Positions 47,671 through 58,439 of a stretch of DNA of 64,000 nt are shown here, in pieces (the stretch's first letter is position 1; the number at the start of each line of letters is the position of its first letter). Origin of the DNA: Macrostomum lignano (lineage: Eukaryota); the NCBI GenBank assembly GCA_002269645.1, contig NIVC01001894.1, forward strand, positions 194,843 through 258,842, in the 5' to 3' direction. The notes under the pieces are model-generated. The model worked only from the letters and a program-made list of their open reading frames with translations, was not told the origin of the DNA and did not search any database. Made by a program: the position numbers and the translations under genes.

Positions 47671-50600
47671 CTGTAAAGGCAACAGTTTCAAGACATGTAA
47701 ATATACAGGTTAAATAAAATAAAATTGTTAGAAGTAGGTATAAATAAGCGCAAACCTGTTAGACATAGTGCTCCCTGTTAGACAAGCAATGGGTGCTCAT
47801 CAACTGGTTTTATAGACGTGCAGATCTTATTGCACAATATATGGATTCATAAATTTATTACTGAAATACGAAATTATTAGTAAAAAATAACCCTTATAAT
47901 TATCAGTTAAACGGGCATTCAGCAAGTAAATTAACAAAGCACACGGTTATATAGATTCGCACACATTCACTATTATGAATAATTCCTGATGATAAATGCA
48001 AGGCAAGGCTGGAAGCTTTTATAAAATGCCTGCAGACGAAGCGCAGACGGACACCGCTGCCGTCAGCTGGCAAATAAATGCATCGCTAGCTGCTGCACCC
48101 TCTTTCACTAAGAGTATCTACGCACCGAGCTTTGCATCCCTCTTCCATCGAGGGCAAAAAACGCGAGAGAGGAAAAAATGGGAGAGTGAACCAACAAGAG
48201 GAAGGATGTGACCCAACAGATTGCAATGCAAGGGTCGCTACGAAACTCTTCTTCACCCATACAAAGCTCTCTGCATGCATCCTTCACGACTGTTTAGTCT
48301 ATTTGCATTGGATATAGCTATGGCTGAATCGGAACATTATAAATTCTCGTAATAGTACGCTTGAAAAATGTATGCATTTTTTGCATGGTATTCGATAATC
48401 TTCTGACACGACCCAGCAGCGCGCTGCAGCCCCGCATACTGTCCCTCGATCCTTCATTATATACATAAATAGCCTTACAGGATAAGAGGCGCTTCTTCGA
48501 CCCGTCGTACACAGTCCTGCGTCTGCCTATTACCCGGTAGCTGCTGTATGGCTGGGATGACGGTATACGGCCGCATATTCGAGCAACCGCAGGCCGATCC
48601 TGCATGAATAGTTGAAGGATCCCTGATGAGGAAGAATTACCACTACACAGAGAAATTAGGAGTACTTCGTAATTATCTACTGCAAACAGATCTTTCATCT
48701 GCAGCATAATTTGCCTCTAATCTGCCAATTGAATCTGCATAATAAAAACACGATGAAAAATCGTGCGTGCGTACACATTACATGTACATGGTAGTTGTAA
48801 ATTCTCTCCGCTTATTTTGACCCCAACAACAGGGGTCAGACTTTAAGGACACTGAGCTGCAGTCTGCAGCAGCATCCTCTCGATTTTTTGTAAAAATGGC
48901 ACCACCAAGCCGATCACCGCATTCCATACTGCAACTCTGTATATTGGGCGCATTATTGAATACATGTATTTAGTATAATGTTAAGTGCAGCGTTGGGCAA
49001 ATTTCCGGCACTTCCGGCACTAATTAATAGTTACCTTTTTCAAAGTAACAACTTGCCCACACTGGTTAAGTGCGAGCTAGCACTATTTGCTTCAAAGAGC
49101 AAAATCTGTTACTCTACAGGTCATTTTGGTTTATCTAATCGCGTAGGATGCTTTATACAGTGAATACATGTATGCTTAGCATGCTACTAAACGATTTTCT
49201 AATCGTGTCGAATTTTGCAACAACTTCTGTATGCTGTATAGAATATACCAGACAAAGATACTGTGGATATACAGTATATATTTAATAATTCATGAATAAA
49301 AGCTGGAAGAAAAATATAAGCTGCCAATTAACAGCAAAGAAGAACAAGAAGATTATGCGTTAATATTGATAAGCTGATTTGAAGAAAGAATTAAAGAAAA
49401 GAAAGATGGAAAAAAGCCAGAGTGGGAAAGATCGTAAATTAAGCTTGGAAGAAAAATTCTAATTTTGATAAGCCGATCGAGAGACAGAGGCACCTGCATA
49501 TATTTTAGAATCTTATGTAGTTTGAGAGCTTCTTGCATGGGCTGCGTTTAATAAAACAAGAGAAAGGGATAAATAAAAACGCCGTAATATTTTCTGCCGA
49601 TTGGGAAATAATAATTTTTCCTAATTGCTGGGCCGGTCTTACTAATCTAATTTTTTCCCAGGGAATACTGAAACAGTGAAACTGCAACACCGCCGACAGA
49701 AAGCAGCACTGGCACCACCGATGAGGAGCTAAGAAAGTGACCGAATATTGCTGCACGTTTCTTACATAACGTAATTTACGCCATGCCTTTCTTTCGCTGG
49801 CATTTTTAAATTTCTTGTTTAAATTATTTTTTATTCAAAGAATCGTCGTCGACTTAGTCTGCGTCGGCTGTCGGGCCGTCTGGCGTCTTACTCTTGGCTG
49901 GCTTGCGTTGATAGCGCTTGCCCTTGATCTTTCACTTAGGCCTTCACCTATCTCCTATATATCATGTATGGTGGTTAGATGCTCTTACATGCATAATCAT
50001 GGACCCTACTGTGTCAAGCACAAGCAGACCAGACAGCAGCAATTACTAATGATTGTCCATTGGGCTGGGTATTGGCATTGGGTTGCTAAAGTAAATTGCC
50101 AAAAACAATACTTTCACTATAATGAAAATTATATAACTAGAATATTTACTATATATAGGTAGGCATATTATATAATTGCATAAGGCATATTTTAAATTAA
50201 AAGTAGGTTAACAAGAATTTTGTTTTGTTATAACTTTCTTGACTGAAACAACTTGTACTTGAGTTTTTAGCCTACCCAACACTTTTACACATATTCTATT
50301 ACTAAAAATGGTTTGTATCTATTTATAGGGCCTATAGACTATCTATCTAACTTTTAGTTTCTAACTAGTAGGCCCTTAACTATATATCCTAATCCTATAT
50401 ACTAAAAATGAAAATCTTGCTTGCTTGTAATTTAGATAAGATATGGCTCAAGCTTAACTAGTAGGCCTAATTTTCTTCAAAATTGCACCATTCAATTAAT
50501 TAGAAACTTATCCATGATGGTACATGTTTCTTGGCTAAGAAATTGCACAATGCTAAGGGGTTCAAAATTAAAAAGTCTTTTTGAAAAGGTCAAATAGACT

Positions 50601-50769
50601 TTTTGACTTTAAAATGCATTGTAAAAAATGCTAAAAAACTAACTAGCTAAATTCTGATTGCATCATACTAGGCTTCTATAGTCTATTTCATGCTTAAAGT
50701 TATGCCAGAGGAAAACTGATACAATTTTATCATTTACTTATACCAGACTTATGCCATGCTTATGTACCA

Positions 50770-52141
50770 GTCACCAATAACTTTGGCGATAGTTCACTTC
50801 GGTGACAGTCACTTTGGTGACAAGTCACTTTGGCAACAATAACAGCTAAAGAATGCATTTATAATAATGTATTTTTTGCCAATGAAATTTCATGATTAAA
50901 AAAGCAACACAAATTTATATTTATGTATATTTAGGTATTTAGCTAGGTATATTTATTCTCCTACATGCGCAACTGCTGGCTGACCTGGCCGATCTGGCCA
51001 CTGTAAATTGTGGTGGACTAGGGGTAAGTTGCAAAAATGCCCAGCCTAAAGAATACAGATGTAGTATTAATTAGATGACGAGGCATTTAGCCCTTATTTA
51101 TAAGACAGTCATAGTTACTCCTGCCATTTACCCAAAATTGCATTAGGGTTTCTTTCACAAGTAAGTCACATTTTTGGTCAAAAAGTAAGTCGCATGGCTA
51201 GTGTAAATCAGGGGGGTTGTGCATGTATGTTTATTCTCAATTTAATAAGTAGAAGGTGGGGTTAACACAAGCTCTAGCGGGTTGTAAATATGCATGCATT
51301 ACTATGTACTTGTACATTAACTGTACATTAACACAATGTATTTGCCACAAGAGATCTCAGTCTAAAAAAAAGCCACTTGAACTAACAACGACATTGAGGG
51401 CTTTCACAACCGCTTGAATAGTCGGGCTCAATGTGGTCAGCTCCAGTTCTACCTCCTGGTTAAGCTGCTATACGACAAGGGCCACATAGTCTCTATCAAC
51501 TTGCAATTGGTGTCACAAGGTGCTCTGAGGTGGTTGCAGCAAAAGAAGTACGCCAGTGACAGTCCAAATACTTCAAACTTTGGTTGGAGTATCAAGCTGG
51601 AGACTGATCAATTCAGTCACTTCTAGAGGCTTGCAGCAAGCTGAATGGACCGTAAACTGTCTATGGTGCACCTGCATATGCTTAACTTCTGTAATGCTAA
51701 GACTTCTTTGCATGCTACATGTAGCATCTTTGCTTTTAATGCTTTTAATGCATGTTTATTTCTCTTTCTTTATTTCTGCAATGGAGTGACACAGTGTATG
51801 TGCCCATACATCCCAATATGCCAAATAAATTTATAACAATACTTACAGTACTATATAATGCAAGTCAATTCATTTTGTACTTTATCATATTTATTGTAAG
51901 TTGGCGCCTCTCAATGTCTTTTAGACATGGCACCTCCCAATGTCTTTTAGACATGGCGGTTCATAACAAAATACTAAAAATTTGTGTTTCTTTTTTAATC
52001 CAGAAAAATCACACTTTTTAATTGTGAAGTTTCATTGGCAAAAAAGATGTCTTTTAGCTGTTAATTGTTGCCAAAGTGATCCAAATGTGTTGCCAAAATG
52101 ACTGTTGCTGAAGTGACTTGTCACCAAAGTGATTGTAATTC
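50770..52141 (+). mobile_element. Internally deleted Mutator-like element (MULE) with long TIRs and 9-bp TSD
   Basis: TSD TATGTACCA at 50761-50769 and 52142-52150; about 200-bp degenerate inverted termini with CACTTYGGYRAC subrepeats; internal transposase remnant. Confidence 0.82.
51378..51626 (+). pseudogene. MULE transposase C-terminal fragment
   Basis: (*)TNNDIEGFHNRLNSRAQCGQLQFYLLVKLLY matches the RTNNxxEGxHxxLN motif; the expected Arg codon is TGA. Confidence 0.8.
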
Positions 52142-53034
52142 TATGTACCACATGCCAAGCATAATGCCTAGACTAAGGGAAGGTATAGGGCAGTTTGTTT
52201 AAACATTTTCATTACAAAAATTAAAAATATAATACACAAATGTTTCTATTTGTATATTATATTAAAACTTTATAAATATATAGGTATAAAAAAGAAAATA
52301 ATGTAAAAAAATTTGTATTATAACATAATTTCTAAATTTTAAACTTTGTTTTACTTTTTATCAATTTTATTTCCAAGCATTTATGCCAAGGCTTTTTTTG
52401 TAAAATTACACTAGATATTTTGGCATAACAGTAATAAAACAGACCATGGCTAAGCTTTAAATTTATTGACTTTTGTCAGTTTACAATTGATTGGCCTAAT
52501 GTGAATCCAACTTGAATTGTATTACTATAAAACAGAGTTTGGTAGCATAGGCCCTAGAATAAGATTGCATTTACAAATTAGACTTGATTTGCATTCTATA
52601 ATAGTCATATATGCCCAACCTTAAAATTTCACCCATCTAATGCAACTTACTTTTGTCTAGATTTGTGATTTAGTTTCTCCCGATTATGACTTAGTTGCCC
52701 CAATTGCGACTTAATTTTCACTTTGTATATGATTTTTCTTGCCTTTTTTATTTTTTCTCTTTTTCTTTTTCTTTCCTCTTCTCTTCTCTCTTTTTCCCTC
52801 CTTTCTTTTCCCTTTCTTTTCCTCTCCCTTCTTTCTTCCCAATTTTTTGTTTTTTGCATTTTCAATTTTGTGACTTACCTTGGTCGGTGGCCATTTCACC
52901 CATCTGGTTTGGATGGGTTAGACAGGTATTAGGCATATATGATAACAGTATATCTATAATTGTATATTAAATTATTACAAGCTATTTTGAATAAAATTTA
53001 ATAATAATTTGTAATGTAGCTCCCAATAAATCAG

Positions 53035-53625
53035 CCCTATTGGAATAAATGTTAAAAACCCGCAGACGCGCGCTTTAGAAAAGAGTCAAACTATTTTACC
53101 GCGCTTTAGGATTATTAGAGATGTTCCAAAAGATCTGCAGTTTCATCGAAATCAAAATTTGCTAACTTTCCAAAATCAAAATTGAAATTTCCCAAAATCA
53201 TAATTCAGAAAAACAAAGTTTAGTATGATCAACACTCACTTTTTTACTTTCAATTTACTGCTTAAGCAAAAAGTAATACATGTATATGTAGTAGAAAGTA
53301 GTTTATTTTTAGCGACTTTTTAGACACTACCAAAATTTTCACTTCTAAATTTTATTTCGAAATTGAAATTCGCTCTAAAAATTTCAAATTTTGGAAAATT
53401 GAAATTGAATTTTCGGAACATCTCTAAGCTTAATAAATTACGAGTGTATAAGCCCCTTCAACAGAGGTATTATACCCATTTCCATGTATATGTATTTGCT
53501 AGAGCAGCAGCCAGTAAGAAAGGGCAGCGCGCGCAAGCGCTGCGCCTGTGCGCGCGCTGCGCTTTAGAAAAATTTCAAAAGTGCGCCGGACACCGTCCGC
53601 GGTTTTACAACTTTTTCCTATAGGG
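53035..53625. mobile_element. 591-bp non-autonomous DNA transposon with 8-bp TSD
   Basis: Perfect TSD TAAATCAG (53027-53034, 53626-53633); about 33-bp imperfect TIRs CCCTATWGGAAWAA...AAAACCSGCRGACG. Confidence 0.82.
53116..53426. mobile_element. Nested hAT-like MITE inside the 591-bp element
   Basis: TIRs TAGAGATGTTCC...GGAACATCTCTA; flanks AGGATTAT/AGCTTAAT (5/8, degenerate TSD). Confidence 0.6.
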
Positions 53626-54269
53626 TAAATCAGTATTGTTTGTCACCTAGGATATAGAAAATATGAATTTATAGTGCAAGAATAGCAATCTAGTGCCTGC
53701 TTGGGGGTGCCCAATAAGTAAAGAACAAAAATTATTTAATAAAGACAATTAAAAAGCATATTTTAATAAGAACTAATTGGTTCTTCAGTTTTAAAAATCA
53801 CCTTATTCATATAAAATTGTCATAGACAAAGATCAATAAAGAAATTAACCTAGTGCTTAAACATTTGTAAATTAAGTTAAAAAATAAAAGAAACACTCAA
53901 TTGCCTTTGTAAGATAATATTTTTTTCTTTTTACAGAGCAATAATACTTAATTGCTATAAAAAGTACTAATGCTAAACATTTTCACATTAAAAAAAATTT
54001 GAGTTTGCTTGTGCTTTATTATACTTTATTAGGTATATTCTATAAGTTTCTAAGTTAATAATATAGTTTACTAAAGTATCTTTGGTTTATTTTACTTGTA
54101 TCTAATATTTTTTCAATTTTTTTTAAATTAATAACTATGGCTATGGGAATCTATGGAATATAACAGCAACTACCATATTTCTGTAGTTGTAGCCATAAGA
54201 GCAGCTAGCTACCATAGGCGTATCTATAGCTGCTATAGGGCACCTATTTTACCATATTTGCCATAGGAT

Positions 54270-54975
54270 CCCTAGCACACTAATTATTGCACTTGATAAG
54301 CCAGGATTATTGGACCTAATAAACCAAGGATTATTGCACTTGATAAGCCAAAGATTACTGCACTTGATAAAGAAAGGATTATACCAAGGATTATTACACT
54401 TGATAAGCCATGGAGTATTATACTAGCTTAGAAAGGGGCTTATGGCACTATCTGAGAAAATGAATATTGCACTAGCTAAGAAGCAGACTATTATACTGGC
54501 TGAAAAAGCTAAAAAAAGAGAGCTGAGACATGGATTATTGTACAACTTAAGAAAGCAATTATTGTATTAGCTTTACTAACTTTAGCTTAGTAACTCATGC
54601 TAACTTTATGAAGTATAATAAATATCAACTAAGGACTAATCAAATATTATAATCAAATTATAAATACCAATATTACTAGGGCCTAATATATCTTTTTGAT
54701 TCAAAATATTTTGTTTTCTAGACTTTTCGTTAAAGCTACAGCTACAGCTATGGGAATATGGTAACATTGGGGTCCCTCTGGCTACAGAATATGGAGAATT
54801 GGGATAAGCCATAGTTTTGCTTATGGCTATGGCTATAGTACATGGACCCTCCTTATGGCGGAACACTAGCAATAATCCTTGGTTTATCAAGTGCAATAAT
54901 CCTTGGCTTACCAAGTGCAATAATCCTTGGTTTATCAAATGCAATAATCCTTAACTTATCAAGTGCAATAATCCA
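54270..54975. repeat. Degenerate repeat family (GGATTATTGCACTTGATAAGCCA-like), direct copies then inverted copies; recurs at about 56590-56890
   Basis: Read directly, highly diverged. Confidence 0.7.
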
Positions 54976-57900
54976 AGTCTTTTTATTTAGTCCTTTATTA
55001 AAAGCTTTCAATAAAAAAATTACACTATTAAGATTTGAACTCAGGTTGCTGCATTAGTAGTCTTGTCTGTTCACATCTAGGCTAGCTCTTATTGAATTTA
55101 TAAATGAATTTCTAGCATTTATAATTCAACACTCACCAAGTCAGTTATGCCACAATCAATTTCTTAGGCAAGTTAGTACTAGTCTCTATTAAAGTTAATA
55201 ATATAGTTACGCAATATAAATCAAGTATTGTACTATGTTTCCACATTGCACTTTCAACAATAATGCAATTCAATTCAGTGTCAAAATTCAGCCAGTAAAT
55301 CGACTGGATAAATAAAAAGCTTTGTATAATGCACTTTATTTTAAAATTAGAATTCAGTCAATTAGTTTTTTTCTTAAGCATTCTTACAATGCATTTTAAG
55401 TCAAAAGAGCTGCTTGACCTTGCAAAAAGCATGTTTTTTAAAATATTTAATCCCTTTAACACTGAGCAATTTCTTAGCCACAATGCATGTACTGTTATAG
55501 GAAAACTTATTAGTGATAGATTCGAATGTTTTTAATGCTTTTAAATTTTTTAAAGTCTAAATGTTGTGGATTTGGAAATTTTATTTTCCAAATTTCTGAA
55601 TATGCTTCCAAATATGAAAAAATAAAAAAACAAGTGTTTTTAAGTAAAGTTACTTAACTTTGGAACCTTTGAGGCATTTAACCTAAAGTTGTAGAGACAT
55701 TTTTAGGTAATCATTGTTTAAGTGTAATCATTATTTTGTTTTTTTTTCAAAATGCAAATGCAACGGACTTAAATGTGCATTATACATGGTAAAGTTATCA
55801 AATTGCACAAATTTAATGTTAGTTAGTAATAGTAATTGTAATTAGTTTAATAGTTTAGTTTAATGAGTAATGAGATATATAAGAATTAAATTCAATTCTA
55901 AGTTCAATTCAGATACTAGATAGATATAATATAAGCCCGAGATAGATTGAATCTTGTCAGTAAATTAATGTATAGCACTAATGCAATTACTAATTAGATG
56001 ATAAGGCATTTTTGTCACTAAAGGTGTCATAGTTACTCCTGCCATTTACCTTTTTTTGCATTCAGAAACACATTTGGATATTCAGATTCAAATTTGGAAC
56101 TTTTTGTACATTTGGATTTGGTTTTGGAAGCTTGCAAAAATCTACATTTGGTTCATCACTAAAACTTATGATTCAATAGTGCAAGTGTATAGAAAATTGG
56201 TTGAGCTATTTTTTCTCTAATTAATAACATAGATAAATAGATACAGAAGATACAGACAGATTATTTTAGGTATATGGAAAACATTATATTATACACAGGT
56301 CTATGTTACAATTAATAAATTGATTTAAAAGCTACAAAGAAAGGGAAACTGAAAAGAGAGAAGGAAGTAAAATCACTTGATTTGCATTATAAGCCCAGTG
56401 CACTATTGCTAAAAACCTAGATGGCCTCTTCTGAGATATTTAAAAAATTCATATATATTTTATATATTCTAATTTTTTATTATTATATTTCCAATATTGA
56501 AAGACAAAAAATAAATACAAACTTGCTTTATTGCTTTCTTCTAATGACTAAAATATGCTATTTTGTAAGCTGCAAAAGGGTTATTCCAAAGGCTAAGGAA
56601 AGGATTATTGCATTGGTTTAGAAAGGGATTATTGCATTAACTAAAATAGGAATAATCACACTAGCTAAGAACATGATTTTAGCATTGTATAAAAAAGGAT
56701 CATTGCACTTGCACTAATTTAGAAAGGGATTATTATTGCACTAGAAGAAAAAGGAATTATTGCACTTGATAAAAAAGGAATATTGCACTAACTAATAAAT
56801 GGATTATAGTACTAGCTAAAAAGCAAGACTATTTCACTAGCTAAGAGCATGATTATTGCATTAACTGAAGAAAATTTTGTATTAGCTTACTTGCTATCTA
56901 GGGGATGCTTGCTATTTGGAAGGTTCTTGCTATCTAGGGGGAGGGGGTGCTTGCTTTTTGGAGGAGGGGGTTCTTGCTATCTAGAGATTCTTGCTTTTTT
57001 GTCTATGACAAAAAGACTAAAAGAAATTGAAAGCATAAAAGCTTCTAAACTTCTGCTACACTTGACTATTTCTTATAAAGGCCTTTTTTGCTGTGTATGT
57101 GTAAAATTGCCTAAAATAATTTTGTGGTTTTGAGCTATGAGTACATAGTATTGTTGGTTAAGTTGCCTTTAGCCAAAAAATTCATTGAGTTTTTAGAAAG
57201 TGGGAATTAACAAACTAATACATTGCTATACAAAGTGCATTTAGTTAAAGAGCAGTTGAGCACACTGAAATTGCTAAAAATGGACAAGGATGCAGATTAT
57301 TGACTTAATAAACACATTTAAACTTGGCTAATTTTGCTAGTGAAGTGGGAACTATAAACTAATAAGACTTTATAAGAACAAGGATGGTATGAAGGTTGTT
57401 GCTTGTTGATGTTAAACACATTGTTAAGCTTATAGGGGAATTATAAATCTTAAGGCTTATTGTGCAAAATCCTTTTAGACAAGAGAAGAGAACTTAAAGT
57501 TAGCTTTAGTCCATAGTTACCATTGTAGATGGTGTTGGCATTTTGGTTCTTTGTGTTTTTCAAATCTGAAGATTTGCTCTGCCTTCTTTTCTTTGTCTGT
57601 CTCTCCTTTCTCTATTCCTCTCTAATAATCATTTTCCCAATCAAATTTAGGAAAGTCAAAACTGAAATCAAAATTCAGTCCACCTCTTAGACCATTTTTT
57701 CAAACAATGGAACAAACAGATAAGCAGTTATGTGCAATCTCATGTAGACTTCAATGATTTTTAATGCAATTTCCATTGCATCTATGGTGTATGGTATCAA
57801 ACCATTGATTAGACCAACTTTTCCATGAGATCATAACCTTTTATCTGTTTGACTAATAAATGTCTTTGATAAATGTAATAAATGTTTGACTACTTAACCA

Positions 57901-58439
57901 AGTTGTATCTATAATTTTAGCTGGCTCGAGCATCCCTTTAAAAAACGATAACCTTAATCCAGAAACTTTAGAGGCAACCCTCATATTTTATGGATGAAAA
58001 CCTATATATGGTTTCTTTAAATTGACAATTATTTTGTACATTCACTTTTGGCATCTGTTTATATGGACTAATTATTCTTTAGTGTCAATAAGAGTTGGGT
58101 TAGATTTTCTATTTTTAACAATCATATATAAATGTAATTACTTAACATTAGTTCGAGGCTCTCAGTAGATAATAAAAATAAAAAAAAACAAAAAAGTTAT
58201 AAGACTTTAGCATATTTATCTTAGTTATAGTTAAAATGAACACACAGACAAAGAACCCTTGATAGGATTCATCACCTTGCCCTTTATAAATTTATTAATG
58301 TTTCTTATGGTAGCGAGAAACAGTCAGTCTTGTATATTTCTATTAGGCTGCACAGTTTCAGTGTACATTTGTTAGAAATAGAAACACCGTACAAATATTT
58401 GCTATTGACTATATTGCACACAAACATTGGACTCCCTTC

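Noticed and set aside
48620-48660. CTGATGAG...GAAA hammerhead-like core
   Set aside because: No convincing stem II or flanking helices
45701-48707. Several 60-140-aa ORFs upstream of plexin
   Set aside because: No recognisable motifs or codon bias
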